From: Eledone cirrhosa
Lineage: Eukaryota
Assembly (NCBI GenBank): GCA_964016885.1
Contig: OZ024740.1
Coordinates: 200,694,001-200,758,000 of the forward strand
Length of the DNA stretch: 64,000 nucleotides
Direction: 5' to 3'
The notes beneath the pieces are model-generated. The model was not told the origin of the DNA. It saw nothing but the letters and a program-made list of their open reading frames with translations, and ran no database searches. Numbering within the stretch: the stretch's first letter is position 1; each line of letters starts with the position of its first letter. Made by a program: the position numbers and the translations under genes. Shown piece by piece: positions 1-10,757 of this stretch.

Positions 1-22
1 CACTGATCGCGGGGTCCCTTTG

Positions 23-2740
23 TTAGAGGACTGTGAGCGCCTGAGCACATTCGATGTGCCAGTCACCCATTATCCGCGGTCTTTGCTTGACCCAGGACTG
101 CAGCTCGGTCAGCGAGACGAGTTGTGGGAAGGCTCGCCTCACGAACGGGGCCCACACCGGTTGTCCAGTGAGGTTACGTAGAGATGCCGCAGCCTGAGCG
201 CGTGTTTGCGCATCGTCAGCCATGGCACCCCCAGCCCTCCGTTGGAAGGGTGTTAAAGCAGATGGATCTTCTCACCAAAGGAGCCGGCCTCTTCCAAAGC
301 AATTGGAAGAGCGCGCGCTCTATTTTGGTGAGCGTTTTGGCTGGACAAGGCACGACGGTCAAGCGGTAGTAGATGGCGGACGCTATATAAGTGTCCCAAC
401 CTCCGCTCGACCTTTCAAGGAGAGTTTGCACTCGGCCCACTTCTGGGTGAGTGCAAATACCTTGGCCGTCACCTCGTTGCAGTTCTTCTCCACCTGGAGG
501 TCCGGACGAAAACCAGACACCGAGCATCTTTACCGGTCCTTCCGTCCAGCGTCCGACGACGCCATCGGAAGGCATCGGTTTGCCTCTCCACGATCCGACT
601 TGAAAACCGATGGACTTGCCCCGGTTCAGCTTCGCTCCTATGAAGCTTTCGTATTCCTGCAGTAAAGTACCGACTTCCTCGATTGCGAGGTACTCGACAT
701 CATTACTGTGACGTCGTCGGCGGTCCCGGTTCCAGAGGGATGCCCTGCAATAGCTCCAACCTCCGCAGTAGTGGCTCGAGAGTCCGTACGTACAGAAGGG
801 AGGAGAGAGGGCATCCCTGTCGAATGGATCGCGTGATATGGAACTGCTCCGAGAGGATTCCGTTTACCTTAACCCTTGAGGAGAAGTTGCTGTTGTGCAT
901 TGCAGCAAACCAGCCCCTGAACACGGATCCAAAGTCTGCCGCCTCGAGCACCGCATCCAGGTAACGATGGTCAACTCTATTGAAAGCCTTAGACTGATCC
1001 AAGTTGATCAGGGTCCCACCGAAGCCGGGTTTACACCCTGCCCTCTCTATGATGTATCGCATGAGGTGGAGGTTGTCATGTATGTACCTGGTCGGGATTG
1101 CGTATGTCTGCGCCTCTCCCACCAGGTTTTCGACGACAAGCGCAAGCCTCTTTGCCAATACCTTGGCCAAAATCTGTAACTCCGTGTTTAGCAGAGTTAT
1201 GGGCCGGAAGTTGCCTATGTCATCTCCCTTATTCTCGTCCTTCCTGACTAGTGTGACTACGCCCCTGGTCACAGAACTGGGAATTCTCCCGTTCTGCTGC
1301 CAGTTGCAGTAGACCGCTTGCAAGAGACCGGAGAACAAGTCCGGCATTGCTACCTAAAATTCATAGGGTAGACCGTCGAGACCTGGAGATTTGCGTTTGC
1401 CGCATTGGCTCAGCGCGTCCCCTATCTCAGCGGCTGAAATCGGATTTTAAGAGAACTTCGCCTCGCTGTCCGAGAGCCGTAGTAGGCCGTCGAGGTATGG
1501 ACCGAAATCCACAGACCCTCCCGGCGCGCCGACTCGCCCGAACATTGGAGCAAAGTGCCGCTGAAAGGCCGCACACATCTGCTTCGGCTCACGTATCACG
1601 CGTCCGTCTTGGTCCTTCAAAGACCGAATCGTGGACTTGTTGCCTTTTTGCTTCCGTCACTCGGGCCCAGCTAACAGCTTTGGCTCCCTCGTTTTCCAGA
1701 GCACGTATTTTGTTTCTGACATCGCAGCCTTCGTGCTTTGCGTCGAAGAACTGGTCCAAGGCCGTTTTCGTCGCTAGCACGCTGGCTACATTTCCACTCC
1801 AAAGTGCCTCTTCTACTTTATCTACCAGTTCCTTTTCGGTCTTATTTCTATCTAACACTAATTCTTTACTAAAACCTATCGAGTCTAATCTAATTTCCCT
1901 CTTGAGAGAGTACCACCATCTGTTGTTAACAATAGCCCCGTCAAGTGCTGCTTAACTAAAGTGCTAATCCGTCTACTGTAGGCTTTGCATGTTGGTAACA
2001 ACAAGTTCTGCCTCCAGTAGCCGGGTCCTTATCTTTGGGTTTTCTCAAGGTTGATTAAGCAGGTCACTAATTTGTGATCTGAATAGGCAACCATGAACAT
2101 TTGTGGACAGCTTAACATGTCACTATCCTTCTTTCTAACTAGAACCCTATCTAGGTACGATCTAGAAGTTCCGCCACGATTTGTCCACGTCCACAGGGGC
2201 ACAGTCGGAAAATCTAGTCGATATCTATCGGCCAGGTCAAATCGGCCGATTAACTGTTTGAGGCTGTTACACCCCCCTTTATCGGGACATGCTCCCACAT
2301 AGTCCCAACGTGCATCTAGGATTCCATTCCAGTCCCCCACTAAAAGCAAGGAGTGGGACGTTCCCAGAAAAGTCTCTAGACGTTTGAAGAAGTCTGGCCG
2401 CGGTGTCCCGGATGGGGCATATGCGGCCACCAGCCTGAAGGCTCCACCTTCACTACCGTCAACGTCTAGGACAACCAGTCGACCCTCCTGGTCCAGATAT
2501 ATCGTCAGTGTTACGAGGTCCAGGTGTTTCCGCAGCAAAACAGCAACTCCGCCTCCACCTCTCGGATGACAGTGAGATGCGTTGATCTAAAAGTCGTCGA
2601 AGATGGGGGCCAGCTGTCGGTCGCTGTGGATCCTGGACTCGCAAATGGCTACTACATCCATACTGTGCAAGCTGAGGTCGTTTAAGAGTTTGCCCTGTTT
2701 CCAGGGCAACCCCAGGCCGGGTACATTCACACATCCAACT
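23..2740 (-). pseudogene. ORF2 (APE endonuclease + reverse transcriptase), frameshifted
   Basis: VGDWNGILD, SRSYLDRVLV and SDHK (APE); NFRPITLLN, LDQSKAFNRVDH and RQGCPLS (RT), split across ORFs 2029-2538, 1589-1858, 703-1347 and 216-575. Confidence 0.92.
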
Positions 2741-2790
2741 CATATATTGGCCTTGTTGGTGCTGAAAGGTTAAAAGAAGATGAGAAGAAA

Positions 2791-4905
2791 TCACTCACTT
2801 CTTCGTCTCCTGTGGACCAGGCTGCACAATGTCCATGGGGGTGTTGGAGGGGTTGTTTGGTAGGGTGGTGGTTCTTGGCGGGGTGGGGACGGAGATGTTT
2901 GGTGGGCAGGGGGTGTCTTGGTGGGTGGGGTGCGGAAACGTTTCAAGAGGACTTGGTTCGTTGGTTTAACACACATATTCCCCACGTCCTCAGCAAAGTT
3001 TGCCTTTAAGGACTCATAGGTGTCCGCATGGACCTTAATCATCCTTAAATTAGGTTTGTCTTTACATTTGGTAAAATATTTTCCTTGGGTTTTCACGGAA
3101 GGATTTTTGGAGATGACCTCCAACAAGGTTTTATTGTCAGTGTTTATGTATGTATAATTTTTTTGTTGTGTTGTTAGTTTCTGTCTGTTGTTCTTGTGTG
3201 TGTTTTCGTTTTGTTGTGGGTATTTGTGTTTGGAGTGTTGTCGTTGTTTTGTTTTCGAGAGGGCGGATTTTTGTTTGTAATGTTTGTGTTGTTTGTGTTG
3301 GTGGTTGTGTGTTTGTTGCCTTTTTGTTCATGTTATGTCTTTTTTTCTTTATTTTTTTTGGAGCGGAGGGGTTCTCCCTCATCATCACTGAGTGATGACG
3401 AGGGGGCTTCGTCCGTTGTGGTGTCTGTTTGATTGGGGAGAGGTAATTTTTTGGGAGCTGTTGTACTTGTGGGTGTTTTTGGAGTTGTTTTAGGTGGGGA
3501 GGGGTTGGTGGGACAGTGTTTGCAGTTTGGTTTGTTTTTTTGCGTTGTTGTGGTGGTGGTGGTTGTGTTGTTGTGTTGGGTGTCGGCAGTAGTGCCTATT
3601 TTTTAATGCAGTTAATTGAGAACAGGAAGCCCGCAGGTGACCACTGCTTAAACAGTGGTAACACGAAGGCCGCCTACACTCAACAGAAATGTTTATGTAG
3701 GAATTTCCATCCAGAGGCACACCTTGTGGTATTCTAGCTATCCGTTCTGGTCTCATTTGGACCAGCACTTCTAAGCTTGTATCGTTGAATATGCCCCTGG
3801 AGGACTTTACTACCGAAATTACTGTATCTTCATCAAAATTGATGAAACCAGCTAATATCCACCAGATGTTTACATTTGGTGTGATATTTGTTACTTTTAT
3901 TTTTGGCGTCCATTTTCCCATATATGTGGGGGGAAAAGGTGTAGAGGGGGACACAATTGGCGACACAGAATATTTCTGTGCCGTCAATTGGTCTTTCATT
4001 ATTATTGGATTGGCAGTATCTGTAGAGAGTCGAACACCATGCTTTGAAGCATAGAGTTACGTCCCTTTATAATCTGAGTTCAAATCCCGCCGAGGTTAAC
4101 TTTGCTCTTCATCCTTACGGGGTCGATAAAATAAAGTTCCAGTAATGTACTGGGTAATTGCTGGCCTTGTGCCTAAAATAGAAACAATTATTATTGATAA
4201 ACCCCCGAAGAGTTTTCCCTTCTGTATGAAGGCAATGTCCTTCATGGAGTTTCTTAGAACCAGCTCAATTTCGTTTTGAGTTAATTGAGCTGGTTTTCTG
4301 GTGGTATTTGAGATTGTCCTAAAAACTATGGTTTTCAGGACAGTGTCTCTACGCAATTCTTGGGGAGAAGTGATGCTAGAAGCGCCATTCTCCCCAAAAG
4401 TTATATATTGCTTGGCATCTCTTAGCAATTCTCCGGCCTTAGAGATGTCAATCTGTGTATATAGTTCTGTATTTTGGACAGTTTGTGCAAACGAAACCTT
4501 TTTTTCCTTGTTTGTGGAGTTGTTCTTGTTGGTGTTGTTGTCGTTATCGTTTCTGCTGTTGGTGTTGTCATCATTGTTGCTGTTGTTGTCGTTGTCATTG
4601 TTGTCGTCGTTGTTGTTGTTGTTGTTGTTATAGTTCTCAATTGCTTGATCTGTGGTTGTGGAATTCATTTGTGAAGTTGTGTTTTCGTTCATAGCATTGT
4701 TGTTGTTGTTGTTGCTGGTGTCACTGGTTGTGTTGTTTTGGTTTGTTGCCATGGCAACGTCAAGTTGTCGGTCGGCAGGTGGAGAAAAACATTCCTCGGG
4801 CTGATCTTTGTCTTTGACATGTGCTGCTGTGACAGTGGCAGGGGGAAGCTGTAAGCATATCTTCACCTTTCCTTCTTCGAATGTTGGTGAAGAAGCTTCA
4901 ACCAT
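2791..4905 (-). pseudogene. ORF1 (gag-like nucleic-acid-binding protein), interrupted by a SINE
   Basis: CYHCLSSGHLRASC zinc knuckle and an N/T-rich N-terminus. ORFs 4096-4905 and 3490-3999 are in the same frame and rejoin when the 189-bp SINE is removed. Confidence 0.8.
4008..4196 (+). mobile_element. tRNA-derived SINE family 1 (Nin/Deu-like central domain) with 10-bp TSD
   Basis: A-box-like ttggcagtatc, B-box gagttcaaatccc, central ttcatccttacggggtcgataaaataaag. TSD attattattg at 3998-4007 and 4187-4196. Confidence 0.88.
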
Positions 4906-5111
4906 TTTTTTTTAAATGTTAGCTTTTCCATAAAAAACTGTTTATGTACTATTTCACCTAAAGGCGTAGAATATTTTGAGAGACTGCCAGATCAAAATTT
5001 GACCTGGCAGTCTCTCTACAAATTTGTATTAAAATGAAGGTTCACAGTTAGGAATTTCTATAGAAATTTAGGCAGAACTTACCCTGCAAGTTTCACGCGT
5101 GAGTCCATCCC

Positions 5112-5190
5112 AGATAGATAGATACATAAATTGATAGATAGGTAAATAGATAGAAAGATAGATAGATAGATAGTAGATAGCTAGATAGAG
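5112..5190. repeat. (GATA)n microsatellite
   Basis: Direct reading. Confidence 0.95.
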
Positions 5191-5299
5191 TATGCTGTGC
5201 TCAGACGAAGGAGACCACCATCCAAGTGAGTACTCGGCGCTGCAGTCGGGTTTTTTCGCATCTCGCCCCCACCCTCTCTCTCTATATATATATATATAT

Positions 5300-5754
5300 A
5301 ATAAGGGTAGACGGACCCAGCATATTTATCAATGCCAGTACCAGTTGAATCTCAGCGCACTCAATGGGCAATGTAAGATACATTACCAGAGTATAAAAAT
5401 AGTTATTTGCCTCAACACAACACACGTAAATCGGGGGCCTATAAGGTTCCCGGACTCGAATTTCTGCAGCACTAATGCAACAGTAAGGTGCACTGCACCA
5501 TCTGTCTGCATATATTATGCAACAATGCACAATCGGCTTATTATGCTTCATCAGCGGGTATCGCCTAATCAATAACCAATAGATCGACATAATCCAAACA
5601 CCGGCCCGCGGCGGTCATGACTGTTTGTGACAACCGACACGGTAAAGCGATTAGCAACTGGCAACCGATAGGACTCTATCTCTCAACTAGCCACTGATTT
5701 ATAAATTTTACGTGGGGACGGGAAGCTAAGAAAAATCAGTCTATTAGTTCCTGT
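5300..5754 (-). mobile_element. Non-coding HHR-bearing element family A (PLE pseudo-LTR-like), copy 1
   Basis: About 450 bp between (TA)n tracts, colinear with 34719-35150, and contains an HHR fold. Confidence 0.75.
5449..5558 (-). ncRNA. Type I hammerhead ribozyme with long stem II insertion (partly decayed)
   Basis: Minus strand: CCCG CUGAUGA [about 83 nt] GAAAU UCGA GUC^ CGGG. Stem I is CCCG/CGGG and loop III is palindromic. Confidence 0.7.
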
Positions 5755-5771
5755 CATATATATATATATTT

Positions 5772-6108
5772 TTAAAGGTTAAAACAAGGTTCAATGAATA
5801 AATCAAAGAATGAGTTTTACAATAGATTCGAAGCCCTCAACTGTAGGGGTTTTCCGAAGTTATTAATATTTATTGAAAATATTAACAAAAATAGACATTC
5901 TTGTGATCACGTATATTTTATTATACATATTTCAGAGGTACTGAGCTAACTTCAACAGTACATCCTCATGAGATAAAATAGGATGACGCATGACATACCG
6001 TGACATAGTAGATGGTTAAGATTCAGTCATGGTAGTAATTACCTCTGAAATATGTATAATAAAATATACGTGATCACAAGAATGTCTATTTTTGTTAATA
6101 TTTTGAAT
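5772..6108 (-). mobile_element. Non-coding HHR-bearing fold-back element family B
   Basis: TA-flanked, with near-perfect inverted arms at 5872-5940 and 6040-6108 and an HHR fold. Confidence 0.72.
5914..5980 (-). ncRNA. Type I hammerhead-like ribozyme with CUCAUGA core
   Basis: Minus strand: UAUUUUAU CUCAUGA GGAUGUACUG-loop-CAGUACCUCU GAAAU AUGU AUA^ AUAAAAUA. Stem I is a perfect 8 bp. Confidence 0.72.
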
Positions 6109-6129
6109 TAATATATATATATATATATT

Positions 6130-6354
6130 ATTTTTTTTTTTAATCGATCGACTTTCGTCAAATCGGACAGAGGAAACAATGTTTCCATTGGTCTTTCCAA
6201 TTGCTAATACTATCTATCGGTCGCAACTCCAGGTAGAAGGAGCAACGTGAAATAAAGTGTCTTGCTCAAGGACATAACGCATCGCCTGGTCCAGGAATCG
6301 AACTGACAACCTTACGATTGCGAATCCAATTCTCTAACCACTCAGCCACACGCC
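6130..6354 (-). mobile_element. tRNA-derived SINE family 2 (CORE-like central motif)
   Basis: Minus strand ggcgtgtggctgagtggttag...gttcgattcc tRNA head, followed by gtccttgagcaagacacttt. Confidence 0.8.
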
Positions 6355-6365
6355 TTCACTTAAAG

Positions 6366-6393
<28 letters not shown>

Positions 6394-6397
<4 letters not shown>

Positions 6398-6618
6398 CGA
6401 AGGAAATGTGGTAAGGAACCAGGTGGTCCATAACGCACCAAAGTACTCAATTCTTAGGGTAGTAGAGTGGGTAATAGGAACGAGTAGGACCCCGACGGCT
6501 GAGCTCAAGCCGTTTCGACGGCTAATTCTGAACTAAAATATTTAGTCCAGAATTAGCCGTCGAAATGGCTTGAGCTCAGCCGTCGGGGTCTTACTCGTCG
6601 GGGTCTTACTCGTTCCTA
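6394..6618 (-). mobile_element. Fold-back element family C carrying the 3' half of an HHR, copy 1
   Basis: TA-flanked palindrome 6474-6618 centred at about 6540. It contains GAAACGGCU UGAGCUC AGCCGUC^GGGG (stem III plus GUC site). A second copy is at 30595-30766. Confidence 0.72.
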
Positions 6619-6847
6619 TATATATATATATATATTCTATATTAATACTAATTGATGAGTGTTGTTACTCTGCAGGTAAAGATAACAAGGGGATAAACAG
6701 CACAGGAGAATAACTCAACAGAATAATGATTTATTTGTTTAACTCTAATTCTTCTACAAAAGACGGAATGAGATGGAGAATAGGCCGGGAGCAGAGGAGA
6801 TAAAAACGTAAACGAGAGCAAAAAGTATAGTACACAGAGGAAATATA

Positions 6848-6879
6848 TGCATATATATTTACACACACACATACACACA

Positions 6880-6958
<79 letters not shown>
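6848..6958. repeat. (CA)n/(CACG)n microsatellite
   Basis: Direct reading. Confidence 0.95.
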
Positions 6959-7018
6959 CTGAGTTTTTTGAATATTAATAATAATATTCGATTCGCTTTC
7001 AATTATAGCTGTTAGCAT

Positions 7019-7530
7019 TTGGCAGTATCGGTAGAGGGTTAGACGCCATGCATAGTTATGTCACTTTATGGACTGAGTTCAAATCCCGCCGAGGTTAACT
7101 TTGCCTTTCAACCTTACGGGGTCGATAAAATAAAGTACCAGTAATGTACTATGTAATTTGCTGGCCTTGTGCCAAAAGTAGAAACAATTATGAGGTTAAC
7201 TTTGCCTTTCATCCTTACGGGGTCGATAAAATAAAGTACCAGTAATGTACTGGGTAATTGCTGGCCTTGCGCCAAAAGTACAAATAATTATTAATATTCG
7301 AAAAAGGGCGGTGGATTGGCAGTATCGGTAGAGGGTCGGACACCGTGCTCTGCAGCATAGAGTTGCGGCCCTTTATGATCCGAGTTCAAATCCCACCGAG
7401 GTTAGCTTTGCCTTTCATCCTTACGGGGTCGATAAAATAAAGTACTAGTCACGCACTGGAGTCGATTTAATCGACTTTCCCCTTCCCAAAAAAATTGCTG
7501 GCCTTGTGCCTATATAAGAAACCATTATTA
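7019..7530 (+). mobile_element. Cluster of three SINE family 1 copies (7019-7191, partial 7192-7290, full 7306-7530)
   Basis: Repeated gaggttaactttgcctttcatccttacggggtcgataaaataaagtac. The last copy has a TSD of about 19 bp, attattaatRttcgaaaaa (7287-7305 and 7524-7542). Confidence 0.88.
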
Positions 7531-7660
7531 ATGTTCGAAAAACTCAGATTACATTTATTGTATTCGGCCATGTAGAGCGATAACAAGTTATTATATATAT
7601 ATATATATGTGTGTGTGTATGTATGTATGTATGTATGTATGTATGTATGTATGTATGTAT

Positions 7661-9340
7661 ATAAAAGGTAAGCAGAAATAACAAGACAATCGGTACAGTA
7701 TGTGGAAAGAATATACTAGATTAACGCTTGAAATAAGCGGGTCTTAACGTTTCGGATGCTAGTCCCTCATGAGAAGAAAGAATGAGAAATAACATAGACT
7801 GAAGGAACGGGCGGGGTCGAATTGGAAAAAATGTCTTTAGATAAAAATAATAGGTCCATTCATATTGTCATCTCTATATATTGTTATACATTCGGAGGGT
7901 CATGCTGCCAATAAGAACACACGCACATTTGATTTTCACTTCAATTTCTTATAAATTTCCTGTTGGATGGTTCGTTGGTTGGCTGGTTTGATAACCGGAA
8001 GGTTGTTTATATATTATTGAGCCTCTTTCGTCACACATTATGTGACCTCCTTAGTGACTAGGTTTTTCATTTTGTGTCTCTCCTTTGTTCTGTCCTTCAC
8101 CATCTTGTTTTTGTGTGTTGTGTGTTGTGTGCTTGCTTTACGCATGCGTTACATCGGGATGTGGGTGTGGTTTTTTTTATTCATGTGTTTTTTTAACTTG
8201 TCACTAGCTGGTTGTTTGTTCTATCCGTGTGCCTGATTTGTTCTGTTGGTTTTTGTGTGTGTCTGTATGTCTTCATTTTGTCCTTAATTACTAGTTGTGC
8301 TGTTACTATTCCACTCATGTTTTCTGATTAATTTTGGTTGGAGTTCGTTTATGGTTGTCGCCTCTGTGATTTGTGTGAGCATTGCTTCTTTTCTGTGTGT
8401 AGATATAGTGTTTATCTATATGTTCTCTAATGTTCCCCTATGTTCTATTTTGGCATGTTGGTGCAGTACTTATGAGTTTTTCCCATCCTGGAGTTCTCTC
8501 CAGTAGTCACTTACACGTTCTCCTACGCCACTGGCTGTTTCACCTATTTATGCTATATTCTTATTCCCACAGTCCCTCAGTACACCTTATGCTATATACG
8601 ACGTTCCTAGTTTTGGAGTTAGTTTGTGGCCTTAGCTTGCAGACTATGCATTTCTTATCAGCACAGGGGCATCTTTGAAATGGGTATGTTTTGCTAATTA
8701 GGGTTTTTATGGGATTACCTGGTCATTCAACTATCTTAATATTTAATTTGAACTTGTCTAGAGCCCTTCTAAATCTGTAAGCTAGTTCGCCTCTAGGGGT
8801 TGTATTGACGAACATTACACTCTGGTTTTTATTTCTACCATACCATGTTTATTTTATTTGCCTTATACCTAACCCTTTCTATTCTGTTCCAAAACTACTC
8901 CTCTACATGGGGCAAGTCCCATTTGCATCATTTTCTACAATCTTTGTCCATTTGGTTCTGGCTCCTTTATACACCCTGATCTTGTTTCTCTGATTGTAGC
9001 CAGAGAACTGCATGAGGTGGATGAATTAGCGTATGTGTCTCTCTAATTCTTTGGGGTTGCACCTGCGGGACACATTCCTCATCATTCTTACTAAGTTCGC
9101 AATCATTATGTTGATGTCTATGTGATCCGAAACAGCTGAGTTTTCGTGGATCAGGTATTTGGAGTTCATGGGTTTGGGATAATGCGAATGGAAAATGTGT
9201 GTTCTATTACTAATAGTTTCGAACCAGAGATATGTGTCTAGTACGGGTATTCTATGGTTGAGGTGTTTAGTTGGGTAGTCCATAGTAGCTTTAATGCTCT
9301 GGTGGATGGAGTTAGATATTTGCTGGGTGCTCTCCATGGT
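7661..9340 (-). mobile_element. Penelope-like element, 5'-truncated: RT C-terminus + GIY-YIG endonuclease + 3' pseudo-LTR
   Basis: ORF 9026-9337 (SIHQSIKATMDYP..IPVLD..HYPKPMNSKYLIHENSA) resembles a PLE RT thumb. Manual translation of 8500-8700 gives C..C..NVVYSIRC..CG..IGETA..ER (GIY-YIG). An HHR lies downstream and the element ends at (TATG)n. Confidence 0.82.
7742..7777 (-). ncRNA. Minimal type I hammerhead-like ribozyme with CUCAUGA core
   Basis: Minus strand: UCUU CUCAUGA G GGA CUAGCA UCC GAAAC GUU^ AAGA. A palindromic AACGUU replaces stem III, as in dimeric PLE HHRs. Confidence 0.7.
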
Positions 9341-9444
9341 TTTCTTCTCTAATTCCTGACTGTTCTCCTGTGGGGCTGTTTTTACTACGAAAGAGAGGGG
9401 AAGAGGGGGAAAGTGAGAGAGAGAAAGACAGAGAGAGAGAAAGC

Positions 9445-9600
9445 AGCGTAGACATGACTATGTGGTTAGTGGTATAACTACGAAGCCATGTTCTTTCGAG
9501 TTCAATCTGCCACTGCATACCACTAAGGACTTGTTTATTGCAATATAGTGTCGGTTTCTAAGTGTAATTTTTGCAAGCGGAAACTGTGAAGAAGCCGGTC
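9445..9600 (+). mobile_element. Degenerate tRNA-derived SINE
   Basis: tgtggttag...gagttcaatc head and cggaaactgtgaagaagccggtc 3' end before a TA tail. Confidence 0.55.
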
Positions 9601-9704
9601 ATATATATACATAAATACATGGTGGAGGGCTATTTATGTTTACTATTTATTTTTTATCCAGCAATACTCGGAGTTTAGCAAAACAAGATTGCTGAAATAA
9701 GTAC

Positions 9705-9820
<116 letters not shown>

Positions 9821-9957
9821 TTCTTGACCACCCGTGACCCGTTGGGTCATGTTCTCTTAAAAATAATTTTTAAATAATTAAAATATACACAAAATGTATA
9901 TAATGTAAAATGACATTGGAAAGCCAATACGTGTATGTGTGTGTGTATATGTACGTG

Positions 9958-9990
<33 letters not shown>

Positions 9991-10180
9991 ATATGGGGGG
10001 GGGGGGGTGTCTGTGACCTATATACACTGGTTACAGACACACACACACTTACATCCTGTCCTAACACAAGTTATAAGATACATATAATTTAATATCAGTC
10101 ACCAAATTCCAGCGAGATACAGTAATGTTATATTCAATTCTCTGAAGTCACCTGTCATAATTTCATTCAACAACACCACC

Positions 10181-10259
<79 letters not shown>

Positions 10260-10757
10260 CCACTATCTGCGTTTGTATTCACATTTCAATGGTACCTTAC
10301 TTTCAAAGAATGTTCCCTTTATGCGGTGATTTGGCTACTTATAAAGGTACCCGAAAAAAGCCGCGGATCTCGGGAATCCGTGGTCCGATTTACGTGAAAC
10401 TTGTCTTTTCACTGTATTATTCACAAGTATTTTCACAAAGAAAATATCAAATCATTTTTCACTAATAGCTATCCAATCCTCCAATTCAAAATTCTTTTTT
10501 CTATATCTCTATGGATGCTTGACTGTTTGTTCTGAAAGATTTTTCTGCTTAAAAAGTTGCAATGTTAATGGAAAACTGGTTTTATTTACAAAAATTTGAA
10601 AGAAATTATTCTTACTTGTCTTAGTTTTTCCTTTTGCTTTCATTTTCTGACGTCGGAATCAACATTTTCTCATATTTATGCTGTTACAGTCTGTTCAAAA
10701 GAATGCTTTTGATGACAACATTCTTAGTTGACTGGGTATCGTTCATAAACACTCTTT

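Larger units (their letters stand above)
1..5111 (-). mobile_element. Tx1/L1-clade non-LTR retrotransposon, degenerate copy 1 (3' end beyond window start)
   Basis: Minus-strand ORF1 fragments with a CCHC knuckle, followed by AP endonuclease and RT fragments clearly homologous to the 25728-29113 ORF2. The 5' end abuts (GATA)n at about 5112. Confidence 0.92.

Noticed and set aside
222-2794. Plus-strand and alternative-frame ORFs over the LINE (also 27589-28098, 14650-15006 and others)
   Set aside because: Antisense shadows of GC-richer TE coding sequence.
7019-7530. CRISPR-like repeated units
   Set aside because: Tandem SINE copies, with no regular repeat-spacer pattern, no cas genes and a eukaryotic context.
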